Below are positions 36,101-44,305 of a stretch of 64,000 nucleotides of DNA, in pieces (positions within the stretch are counted from its first letter, which is position 1; each line of letters opens with the position of its first letter). The stretch is from positions 77,914 through 141,913 of the IMG/VR virus record IMGVR_UViG_3300028591_000108. One strand, 5' to 3'. Both the position numbers and the translations under genes were made by a program. The notes under the pieces are model-generated. The model saw only the letters and a program-made list of their open reading frames with translations. It was not told where the DNA came from and did not search any database. Source of the stretch: a virus. Its lineage: Duplodnaviria; Caudoviricetes.

Positions 36101-36246
36101 AGGAGTGTAAGATAACGGTAGTCGCGCGGTCTCCGGGGCGATAGTGTAAAGAACACGCTAGGAAAGCAAGGGCCTAGTAATTGAAGGGCAGTACTGAGGC
36201 GCTCCACCAAAAACCGCTCGTGTTGGTTCGAATCCAGCCGCTCCTG
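36101..36246 (+). tRNA. tRNA-Trp(CCA) interrupted by a 75-nt tRNA-like insert (36135-36209)
   Basis: Exons 36101-36134 + 36210-36246 give a canonical cloverleaf with loop CTCC|AAA, A1-U72, G73. Confidence 0.85.
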
Positions 36247-36250
36247 CTTA

Positions 36251-36314
36251 AAGACTCGTCAGCAACATTTTTCAAGCATCTGACTTTTAATCTGACTAGC
36301 TATAAACGAGTCTT
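36251..36314 (+). ncRNA. Stem-CAGCAA scaffold RNA copy 4 (tRNA-Lys arm-like payload)
   Basis: AAGACTCGT/ACGAGTCTT; AGCATCTGACTTTTAATC. Confidence 0.7.
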
Positions 36315-36321
36315 GTTTTAT

Positions 36322-36395
36322 GCCTTTCTATCCCAATTGGAAGAGGAAACCGACTCAAAATCGGCTCAGTTTGGGTTCAAATCCCAAGTTAGGCA
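36322..36395 (+). tRNA. tRNA-Leu(CAA), short variable loop
   Basis: Loop CTCAAAA; two acceptor mismatches. Confidence 0.7.
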
Positions 36396-36612
36396 CTCGC
36401 GCCATATAACTTAGGCGCATGGATTACATGTCATCCTTACTATTATACAATTTATTTAGACGTGCTTGAGGGTTCCCACCCGCTGTTGAGAAGAAGCAGA
36501 AAGGGATTATGGTGAGACTCGATAATACCGTAAATACTTTCGAGAAGTATAGGACAATGTTTGAAAAGCCGGATTTCTGTAATTGGGGCGATAACACCAT
36601 CTAGTCCTATAT

Positions 36613-36686
36613 GCCCGAGTAACAGAATTGGCATATGTACGCGGTTCAGAGCCGTGGTTTTGTGGGTTCGACTCCCACCTTGGGCA
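36613..36686 (+). tRNA. tRNA-Leu(CAG), short variable loop
   Basis: Loop TTCAGAG; A73. Confidence 0.75.
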
Positions 36687-36995
36687 CTTATGTTTATCTT
36701 AGATAGGCCCAGTATACTAAAGCGATATAAAGTTCATGGGTTTCGCGTAGAGAAGATAAACATCGCGCCAAAGATACAAATTAAAATAAATATGGCGCAA
36801 TGAGTGCTGCTCCCACTCATATTACTAAAATATTATTGAAACATTACAAATGGAGCAATTTAATTAAAGATGTGCGATCGGTAGCACAAGAAATAATTCC
36901 GAAATAATAGCACGGGTTAGAAGGGCCGGAATTCTATAATTGGGGCCTAAACACCATCCTGAAGTGCTGTTATGCCCACTACTTTGGGCAATTAT

Positions 36996-37066
36996 GGGGA
37001 TATAGTATAACAGTAAAACAGTAGCTTTGCAAGCTTCAGACCGGGGAGCGTCACCCCGTATCTCCA
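36996..37066 (+). tRNA. tRNA-Ala(TGC)
   Basis: G3.U70; loop TTTGCAA. Confidence 0.8.
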
Positions 37067-37076
37067 CATTATTATA

Positions 37077-37147
37077 GGCTCCGAAATCTGGCGGCCGGAT
37101 ACTTGTCTGCAAAACTTGTTTAGTCAGTTCGACTCTGACCGGAGCCT
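37077..37147 (+). tRNA. tRNA-Cys(GCA)
   Basis: Loop CTGCAAA; U73; weak AC stem. Confidence 0.7.
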
Positions 37148-37165
37148 CAATTTGGAGGATTATTT

Positions 37166-37468
37166 ATGATAGGCAATTATAAAATAATAACATTATGTGG
37201 GAGCACCCGCTTCAAGGAGGATTTTGAGCGTGTTAACAGAGAACTTACTTTAGCGGGCAATATTGTCATCAGTGTTGGTTGTTTTGGCCATTCTGGTGAT
37301 ACTTTTACAGAGGAACAAAAAGTAATGCTTGATGATATTCATAAGCGCAAGATTGATATGGCCGATGAAATCTTTGTAATTAATAAAGATAAATATATTG
37401 GCGCAAGTACTCGTAGTGAAATTGAATATGCGATTTTACATGATAAGCCAGTGAGGTATATGGAATGA
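37166..37468 (+). CDS. DUF4406/NDT-fold-like small protein
   Basis: ITLCGSTRF..IHKRKIDMAD..YIG.ST..EIEYA. Confidence 0.65.
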   Translation: MIGNYKIITLCGSTRFKEDFERVNRELTLAGNIVISVGCFGHSGDTFTEEQKVMLDDIHKRKIDMADEIFVINKDKYIGASTRSEIEYAILHDKPVRYME

Positions 37469-37713
37469 GAAAAGGCCGCGGTATAGATCATTATTGGGAA
37501 GTAAGAAAATATTTAGGCGATATAGCTTTATATGCTCATTGCAAATGCGGATTTGAATATGCTTGTTCTTCCAATAAAAGAAAACCAGATGGAAGTGTTA
37601 GTTTTGAGCAAGAAATTACTAAGCTATACTTATATTGTCCTTATTGTGGAGCACGAAAAAAATGGTATAATGATATACCCAGAAAAATAGATAGACTTCA
37701 ATATGGCGGGTGA
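37465..37713 (+). CDS. Small zinc-ribbon protein
   Basis: HCKC...CPYC; stop lies inside the next tRNA. Confidence 0.55.
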   Translation: MRKGRGIDHYWEVRKYLGDIALYAHCKCGFEYACSSNKRKPDGSVSFEQEITKLYLYCPYCGARKKWYNDIPRKIDRLQYGG

Positions 37714-37787
37714 ACCCGGCAAGGCGTGGGACCTGTCTCGAAAACAGTGGGAGCGTAAAGCTTATGGTTCGAGTCCATCGCCCGTCG
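37705..37787 (+). tRNA. tRNA-Ser(CGA)
   Basis: Loop CTCGAAA; long variable arm; G73. Confidence 0.8.
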
Positions 37788-37793
37788 TCATAT

Positions 37794-37879
37794 GTCAAGA
37801 GAACTCAGGCGGCCCTGAGCATCCGTTGGAAGCGGATTGGTCTTGTAAAAGGGATGGAGGTCGGCACTTCCTCTTGGCG
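37794..37879 (+). tRNA. tRNA-Ser(GGA)
   Basis: Loop TTGGAAG; long variable arm. Confidence 0.75.
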
Positions 37880-37890
37880 TATTATATCAG

Positions 37891-38145
37891 ATGGAGTTGA
37901 TGTATATGAGAAATCGTGCAGAAAAACGTCATAATGATTGGAAGAAAGCAATTCGGAAACGGAAGATTGTTGAAGAAGTCTACCAGTGGCCCGAAGGATG
38001 GTATGATAACTTACATCAATATAGTAAGAATAAAGTACATTGTTCTTGCCATGTATGTCGCGGCTGGACTAAACATGGTGAAAATAATATTTCAGATAGA
38101 CGAAAACTTGAAGAAATGAAAGAACAAATACTTGACAATGAATAA
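37891..38145 (+). CDS. Basic hypothetical protein
   Basis: HQYSKNKVHCSC..C motif. Confidence 0.6.
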   Translation: MELMYMRNRAEKRHNDWKKAIRKRKIVEEVYQWPEGWYDNLHQYSKNKVHCSCHVCRGWTKHGENNISDRRKLEEMKEQILDNE

Positions 38146-38266
38146 AATTTCTGATATAATAATAATGTAAAAAGGAGATAATAGTAGAAAGAAGAGGCAA
38201 CTAAAAAGTTTGTTGCAAAAGTAACATGGTAATCATCTCCTTCTTGTGCGGCGAAAGCCGCGTTTA

Positions 38267-38396
38267 TCCACGGTGGCGGAATAGGTAGACGCTAGAAAAG
38301 CTCGGCGCTCGACAGGACAGAAGCGTAGGGTTGCCACCCTGTCGGTGGATGCACGTATGTGTTACCCATATAAGGTGCAAATCCTTATCCGTGGAA
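38267..38396 (+). ncRNA. tRNA-like RNA: Leu-type shell with about 80 nt replacing the anticodon arm
   Basis: TCCACGG/CCGTGGA acceptor, GCG-GAATAGGTAGA-CGC D arm, T arm; no anticodon arm. Confidence 0.7.
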
Positions 38397-38402
38397 TTAT
38401 AA

Positions 38403-38475
38403 CGAGAATGTGGTGTAATCTGGTAACACGGGTGCTTCGGGAGCACCAGTTGCGGTTCAAATCCGACATTTTCGA
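38403..38475 (+). tRNA. tRNA-Pro(CGG), possible 8/4 fold
   Basis: Loop TTCGGGA; CGAGAATG/CATTTTCG. Confidence 0.75.
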
Positions 38476-38480
38476 CACAA

Positions 38481-38588
38481 TAGACGGTTACAGCAATTAT
38501 TGCATACAAGGTGTCATTGGTTCAAATCCAATCTTCTCCATTGGAGAAGTAGCTCAATTGGTAGAGCAATTGATTATGAAACTGTCTA
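38481..38588 (+). ncRNA. Stem-CAGCAA scaffold RNA copy 5 with circularly permuted tRNA module
   Basis: TAGACGGTT/AACTGTCTA; T arm, CTTCTCC-ATT-GGAGAAG, D arm. Confidence 0.8.
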
Positions 38589-38595
38589 GTATTTA

Positions 38596-38688
38596 TAGGC
38601 CATTACAGCAAATTATATATAAATGGTGAAAGAAATGTTTGAGAAACATAACTGAGAAGGTTCGATCCCTTCAAATTTAAATGGCCTA
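38596..38688 (+). ncRNA. Stem-CAGCAA scaffold RNA copy 6 (ASL GAG + T arm)
   Basis: TAGGCCATT/AATGGCCTA; ATGT-TTGAGAA-ACAT; GAAGG-TTCGATC-CCTTC. Confidence 0.75.
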
Positions 38689-38810
38689 GTTTTAGTTGAA
38701 TATTCGCTCCGTTCTGGAGCTAATAGATTGCCGCGTTGGATTGCTCCTATTTGAAAGAGGCAGAGTAGTATCTGCAACTCTTCCGCGGCGTTTTTCTTAT
38801 TGGAGGAATT

Positions 38811-38996
38811 ATGGAAGATAAATTAAAAGGAATTTATGGCTGTTTAAAAATAATGGATATGATGCTTTGTAATTATACTTATGATCCATCTCATGGCGTG
38901 ATACCATTTAAATCTACACAAGAAATGGCAAAATATTTCAGAGCTATGCTACACGCAATTTTACCAGAGGAATATAGATATTATAAAGGAGAATGA
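38811..38996 (+). CDS. Small hypothetical protein
   Basis: RBS GGAGG. Confidence 0.55.
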   Translation: MEDKLKGIYGCLKIMDMMLCNYTYDPSHGVIPFKSTQEMAKYFRAMLHAILPEEYRYYKGE

Positions 38997-39081
38997 CACT
39001 ATGGCGGAATGGTAACGCACCGACCTGCTAAGTCGAGGTTGCTTGTAAAAGGGTATGCACGTTCGAGCCGTGCTAGTGTCG
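38995..39081 (+). tRNA. tRNA-Ser(GCT)
   Basis: Loop CTGCTAA; long variable arm. Confidence 0.85.
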
Positions 39082-39086
39082 CTTAT

Positions 39087-39240
39087 AGTCCCTTAGCGTA
39101 ATGGTAGCGCAGTGGACTTTCGGCTCATAGTTTATTTGGCAAAATACTTTTAAACTAGTTGAGAGATATCAAGAGAAATAGGTTCGATCCCTATTGAGCC
39201 GACGACTCCACACGTGTTGGTCCGATTCCAACAGGGACTG
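39087..39240 (+). tRNA. tRNA-Gln(TTG) interrupted by an 83-nt tRNA-like insert (39121-39203)
   Basis: Exons 39087-39120 + 39204-39240 give GTGGA-CTTT|GAC-TCCAC, AGTCCCT/AGGGACT, G73. Confidence 0.8.
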
Positions 39241-39258
39241 CTTTTAGGAGGGATTATT

Positions 39259-39582
39259 ATGGCTAAAGATGAAACTCCAATTTATGAAATCTATGTAATG
39301 AGTGAACCTTGGCATTTGGATTCTGATAAGTTTCCAAGCTGTGGTCATCGAGAACGAGTAGGTTTTTACTACGAAAAAGATACTGCTATTCGCGCAGTAG
39401 AAGAAAATTGGTGTGACCTTCAAGACTATTATGCTCAAGCCGCAGAGGTTTGTAAAGTAGAACCTGGTCTTTATTCCGTTCCCTCTCGGCGTGAATATTG
39501 GTACTTCCTATGGAACCAACAAGAAAAGAAATTTGAACTCGCGCGAAAGCCTAAGCTTGGATTATGGGAGGCAGGGTATTGA
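39259..39582 (+). CDS. Hypothetical protein
   Basis: RBS AGGAGG. Confidence 0.65.
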   Translation: MAKDETPIYEIYVMSEPWHLDSDKFPSCGHRERVGFYYEKDTAIRAVEENWCDLQDYYAQAAEVCKVEPGLYSVPSRREYWYFLWNQQEKKFELARKPKLGLWEAGY

Positions 39583-40022
39583 AACTTTATACATCTTATT
39601 GGGCGCAAGTGCGTAATTTTCCAAAAAACCTAGTCGGCCTTTCAACAACTATATGGAACCCACGCTGGAGAAAAATGGGTAAAGATGCGCGTGGAGTAAT
39701 ATGTGTTGATTGCCCTCCTTTTAAACCAGGACATAGCTGCGATGGTTTATGTAATGGGAAGTGTAATCCAAAACATCCAGAAGATTGCTTATTCCTCCAA
39801 CACTATAAAGCTCAACTAGATAAAATTAATCCAATTACAATTCAAAATAGTTTAGGGAAACTTGCTGCACAAATTTGTCATGATGAACATCTACCAGATG
39901 TAGATTTTGCTTTTTTATTTTATGAAACACCAACTAATCCTTGTAGTGAGCGAGTAATGGTACAACGTTGGTTCCAAGAACATGGATATGAAATTAAAGA
40001 ATGGCAGAAACTAAAATCTTAA
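39579..40022 (+). CDS. DUF488-like hypothetical protein
   Basis: KLYTSY..YE.P...CSER..W. Confidence 0.5.
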   Translation: MKLYTSYWAQVRNFPKNLVGLSTTIWNPRWRKMGKDARGVICVDCPPFKPGHSCDGLCNGKCNPKHPEDCLFLQHYKAQLDKINPITIQNSLGKLAAQICHDEHLPDVDFAFLFYETPTNPCSERVMVQRWFQEHGYEIKEWQKLKS

Positions 40023-40230
40023 AGCAAGCCTTAGCTTTTAATAAAAGTTTTATGCGTGCTTGTTATCATCCTAAAGCTCGTGTGCGAAAAAAGAATTATA
40101 AGCGCGCGAAACATATTATGAATTGGCAATGTAAAATTTATGGACATATGCTAGTTCCACAAAAATGGTTAAATATTTGACTTTATCGAAAATTTCTGGT
40201 ATAATATAAATACAGAAAGGAGAGATAGAG

Positions 40231-40593
40231 ATGCGTAAGTATAGCATGAAGTCCCATAAGCGTAAAAATCATCAGCGTTGGTTTAATCAGTATGTGCGTT
40301 ATATCAACAAGAACATAGAAGAGGATGACCTTTGGCTTGGGCGTTTCTGTGTAAAACAGAAACGCACAAAAATGGAATGGTTTGAAGACGGTAGCGGCGG
40401 TCTTATGACCGCAGAGCTTATTATGTGGGATAAAAAAACCCATACTGTTCGCGTTGGATGGTATAATGGCCTTGACATGGATTGGAAATTTTGGCGCGAT
40501 TTTAACCAGTTTATTATTGAAGATTGCAAAGTCTGGGAAGAAGAACCTAATGTGCGCGAAAACCGCGTCGACTATCGAAAGGAGCGTAAATGA
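40231..40593 (+). CDS. Hypothetical protein
   Basis: Promoter and RBS upstream. Confidence 0.7.
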   Translation: MRKYSMKSHKRKNHQRWFNQYVRYINKNIEEDDLWLGRFCVKQKRTKMEWFEDGSGGLMTAELIMWDKKTHTVRVGWYNGLDMDWKFWRDFNQFIIEDCKVWEEEPNVRENRVDYRKERK

Positions 40594-40817
40594 TGTTTTA
40601 TAAATATAAGGTTGGCTGGTATGATAGTTATGCGGACAAAGAGACTTATGATGAGGGTATTGTATTCGCCCGCGAGTGGAGCCAGGCCGCAGACCATGTA
40701 GTAAAAAGCTACGGGGATGATAATGTTTTTGACTTGTATCTGAAAGAAATAATGACTGATGAAGAAGATTATTGCCTTTCCAAAGAAGAAGTCGACAGTG
40801 CTTTTAAAGAAGATTAA
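40590..40817 (+). CDS. Hypothetical protein
   Basis: ATGA coupling. Confidence 0.65.
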   Translation: MMFYKYKVGWYDSYADKETYDEGIVFAREWSQAADHVVKSYGDDNVFDLYLKEIMTDEEDYCLSKEEVDSAFKED

Positions 40818-40819
40818 TA

Positions 40820-41240
40820 AGATACCGCAGAAAGGATGATGCGGGATAAAAATATCAACCATCTTTGACATAATCAAGAATCTGAAATTGGTCACAGTTA
40901 TGTCTTGAGACCTAAAGCCCTATTGACTCAATCGGACTATGCGTGTAAGCGATACTGTCAAAATATCGAACTGCAATTCTTAATAGCCCTGTTCGAGGCA
41001 CAACCGCGCTAAAAGAGTCTGAAACGCTAGGCACTTCGAGTACGCGGCCAGCTCGTTAAATCGGCCTCAGAGGTACCGGTCACTCTGTATAATAACGACC
41101 GTGTATCATAGGTGTGTAGGCGGCGGCACCTAAACTCGCCACCCTGCGGCGCCAGTGGGATAATGCATTTAAGCAAAAGTCGCCCCATTAAGACTGGCAA
41201 TCATAATCGGCGGCAAGTTACACTTGTCGCCATTTTTTTA
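40820..41240 (+). ncRNA. Putative structured ncRNA with tandem pseudoknots, ending in a terminator
   Basis: GC-richer non-coding stretch; two H-type pseudoknots 41068-41140; terminator GGCGGCAAGT/ACTTGTCGCC + T run. Confidence 0.5.
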
Positions 41241-41593
41241 TTTGACTTTTTCTTAAAATTAGTGTATAATTTTTATGTAAGAAAGGGAAGATAGAAATGG
41301 AAAATAGCATTGAATACGATAAGTGGGACGCTCATATTCATGAGTATAACGAGCATACCGGTTTTCCAGAAGTAACACATTCGCGTGCTGCTGATTTTAA
41401 TCCTCTGAATTCGATTGAATTTATCCTACATGGAAAAATGCCGGAAGAATATACGAAGGAGTATCAAAATTAATATGGATGCAGAAGCTTGGATTGTATT
41501 AATTTGCCTGCTTATTATAATTGTAATCGTGGCCATAGGTGATCCACCAGATAAATGGGGCGAACAATTTGAAGAAGATAAAGGAGACAGAAA

Positions 41594-42409
41594 ATGAATT
41601 TTGATATTTATACTGAAGAAATGAGTAAATCGGTGTGGGATAAAGCTTTCTTTATGGATAAAATTATCGGTGCGAAGCTTGTTATTGACTTTGGATGCGC
41701 TGACGGCGCTATGATTCGTATGCTTGCGCCGTTGTTTCCCAACACCACTTTCTATGGTTATGACATTAATGATGATTTGATTATTGAGGCTTGGCGCAAA
41801 CTTGAATCTCCTGCGGATAAAAATACTTTCTTCTTTCATAAGGAGAGAAGCTTTGCCGATCGACATGATAGTTTTGAAGATATGATTGCTATGGCAATGC
41901 AGTATTACAAGCCTGATGAAATTTGTATTAACTTTTCTTCTGTGCTACATGAAGTTTTTTCTTCTAGCCCTAGTGGTAAAGAAACTATTCGACGCCTTGT
42001 TAAAGAACTGCAGCCGAAGTACATTACTATTCGAGATATGTATTGGCACGCGGTTTCTAGCGTAAATGTACTACGTTGCTCAGAAGATAAGATCCGAGCG
42101 CAGGTAGAAGAAAAGTATCTCAATGATTATGAAGCTACGTTTGATTATATACACTCTCCCCAGTCTATTACTCATTTCCTTATGAAGTACCAGTGGAAAG
42201 ACAATGGATGGGAAGATGAAATGAAAGAAAACTATTTTTCCTATACTATTGAGGATTTTCTCAATGCTATGTGCCGATGGCAGTATACTACTGTATTTGA
42301 ATCTCATTATCAGCTTCCTTATTTGACAGAAAAATGGAAGAATGAATATGATTTCTTTGTGCCAGAAGCGCATACTCATGCACAGTTTATTCTTAGGAGG
42401 AATGATTAA
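41594..42409 (+). CDS. Class I SAM-dependent methyltransferase
   Basis: VIDFGCADG, YGYD, SSVLHEV. Confidence 0.8.
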   Translation: MNFDIYTEEMSKSVWDKAFFMDKIIGAKLVIDFGCADGAMIRMLAPLFPNTTFYGYDINDDLIIEAWRKLESPADKNTFFFHKERSFADRHDSFEDMIAMAMQYYKPDEICINFSSVLHEVFSSSPSGKETIRRLVKELQPKYITIRDMYWHAVSSVNVLRCSEDKIRAQVEEKYLNDYEATFDYIHSPQSITHFLMKYQWKDNGWEDEMKENYFSYTIEDFLNAMCRWQYTTVFESHYQLPYLTEKWKNEYDFFVPEAHTHAQFILRRND

Positions 42410-42936
42410 TGGCGATTTTATATATTCTTTGCGGCCCGAGCGCTTGTGGTAAAAGCACTTGGCGCGACACTTTTATTGCAGAGCATAGCGATAAGGATAT
42501 TCGATATGTTTCTCGTGACGAAATTCGTTTTTCTATGCTTGAAGAAGGCGAAGATTATTTTGCTCATGAGAAAGAAGTTTTCAAGAAGTTTGTTAGCACC
42601 TTGGCGCAGACTCTTGTTGACGGATTTGACGTAATTGCAGACGCTACTCATCTTAATGAGTTTTCGCGCAAGAAGCTTACCAACGCACTTGACCGTATTG
42701 GCGTAGATTATGAAATTAAGTATGTAGTATTCTATACCTTGTACTCCGAATGCTGTGAGCGGGATGCAATGCGCGAAGGCATGGCATACGTAGGTCCTGA
42801 TGTTATTCGTGGAATGTTCCGCTCCTTTAAGGCGCCGACTCTTGAAGAAGATCGTCGCGCCACAGAAATTATTGAAGTAGGAAATAAGAAAGGAGATTTT
42901 TCCTTTCTGATAGACCCCTACTGGAAGGAGATGTAA
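42409..42936 (+). CDS. Polynucleotide kinase-like P-loop protein (AAA_33)
   Basis: GPSACGKST, SRDEIR, DATHL..R. Confidence 0.8.
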   Translation: MAILYILCGPSACGKSTWRDTFIAEHSDKDIRYVSRDEIRFSMLEEGEDYFAHEKEVFKKFVSTLAQTLVDGFDVIADATHLNEFSRKKLTNALDRIGVDYEIKYVVFYTLYSECCERDAMREGMAYVGPDVIRGMFRSFKAPTLEEDRRATEIIEVGNKKGDFSFLIDPYWKEM

Positions 42937-42937
42937 G

Positions 42938-43504
42938 ATGGGTGATATTTGGCTCTCGTCAGATTTACATCTGATGCATAATAAGCCATTCTTATACGAA
43001 CCTCGTGGCTTTACTTCTACCGAGGAAATGTGTGAAGCTATTGTAGAACGTTGGAACTCAGTTGTAAGAGACGAAGATCTTGTTTATAATCTAGGCGATA
43101 TTGCTCTTAGCGATGTTGATGCAGCTATTCCTTATCTACAGCGGCTTAAGGGACACCAAATATGGATTCTCGGGAACCACGATACTTTAGGAAAGATAGA
43201 GAAAATCTTGCCTGCATGTCCCAAAATCCAGCTTCTTGGCACTGAAAGGACTTCTTATGCCACTGTCATTAAGAGCGGAAAATGGAGCTTTTATCTATCG
43301 CATTATCCCACTTTGACTGGAAATAACGAAACTTGGCGTAAAGTAGCTAATCTTTGTGGCCATAGTCATACGCAAGACAAATGGGTTGACTGGGACAAAA
43401 TGTGCTATCATGTAGAGATGGATGCCCATGACTGCTATCCAGTAAATTTGGAACATATTAAAGATCAAATTCGAAAGAAATATTTGACTTCTCTTGAAAA
43501 TTGA
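42938..43504 (+). CDS. Calcineurin-like metallophosphoesterase
   Basis: SDLH, LGD, GNHD, SHYP, GHSH. Confidence 0.85.
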   Translation: MGDIWLSSDLHLMHNKPFLYEPRGFTSTEEMCEAIVERWNSVVRDEDLVYNLGDIALSDVDAAIPYLQRLKGHQIWILGNHDTLGKIEKILPACPKIQLLGTERTSYATVIKSGKWSFYLSHYPTLTGNNETWRKVANLCGHSHTQDKWVDWDKMCYHVEMDAHDCYPVNLEHIKDQIRKKYLTSLEN

Positions 43505-43643
43505 GTTATAATAATTATGTTAAAAGATAATAAATGTTTGATTGGATCACCATGCAAACATTGTGATCCTTCAGTATGTTTATTTTATAAACACTCTTAC
43601 AGTCGTGACAACGACCAAGATGAAAAGGAGAATAAAAAGGAAA

Positions 43644-44006
43644 ATGAAAGATTGCGTATGTATGCACCCCGGACATGTGGAATATCTGGGACTAGGAGAA
43701 CTAGAGACTGTTGAAATTCCAATAAATTATCATTATGAACGGCATCATTGTGGTGGCGGTTATACATGCGATGATTTTAAAAAAGAGCTTATTCGTCCTA
43801 AAGTATTCCTACTTACTGGGTTTCACCCTGGACGCTTATTTAAAGTTATACACGGTCTTTCTGAACGAATTCAAGTTTGTCCATTTTGTGGTCGTAATAC
43901 AGCTGAGTGGCATGAAGAGCATGATGTAGATGAATATCCGCAAGCTTTTATTGATTTATATGAACGTCCCTCAAATGTGATGGAAGGTATAGAAGGATAT
44001 TTATAA
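43644..44006 (+). CDS. Hypothetical protein
   Basis: RBS; CPFC. Confidence 0.55.
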   Translation: MKDCVCMHPGHVEYLGLGELETVEIPINYHYERHHCGGGYTCDDFKKELIRPKVFLLTGFHPGRLFKVIHGLSERIQVCPFCGRNTAEWHEEHDVDEYPQAFIDLYERPSNVMEGIEGYL

Positions 44007-44050
44007 TTCTACAATCTAGTTTTAAACCAAGATGAAAAAGGAGAAAGAAA

Positions 44051-44305
44051 ATGATCTATCGCCGGAAGTCAGAGACAGTTGAAGCAATCATGTTTGACGG
44101 CTCTAATTTAGAGCAAATTCGGCAGTTCCTGAAAGATTATTTCAAATATGGCCATATTATGGAAGATGGACATTTATTTTTAATGCTAAATAGTAATAAT
44201 GCGCTTTATAGCGCACAGGTTTATGATTATATTGTAGTAGATAAAATGCATGGATTTACTATGAATAAGAAAGCCTTTGAAAATACTTATATCCCGCGGT
44301 CTTGA
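44051..44305 (+). CDS. Hypothetical protein (YR.K..VEA family)
   Basis: MIYRRK..VEAI.FDG..FE.TY. Confidence 0.65.
   Translation: MIYRRKSETVEAIMFDGSNLEQIRQFLKDYFKYGHIMEDGHLFLMLNSNNALYSAQVYDYIVVDKMHGFTMNKKAFENTYIPRS

Noticed and set aside
36135-36209. tmRNA (ends GGGGCG...CGCTCCACCA)
   Set aside because: Only 75 nt, with no tag ORF or pseudoknots; treated as a tRNA-like insert
28899-38629. Short ORFs overlapping tRNAs/ncRNAs (28899, 33146, 36181, 36561, 37703, 37710, 38345)
   Set aside because: They overlap clear RNA structures and lack an RBS
27684-38688. CRISPR array formed by the CAGCAA repeats or PT repeats
   Set aside because: The copies are dispersed, variable and structural, the PT repeat is coding, and there are no cas genes
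36101-39240. Group I/II or archaeal BHB introns as the tRNA inserts
   Set aside because: Too short, no catalytic core elements or BHB seen, and the inserts fold as tRNAs
27676-39240. HDV-like theta ribozymes after tRNAs (known in recoded gut phages)
   Set aside because: No convincing nested double pseudoknot found by eye; a motif search is needed to exclude them
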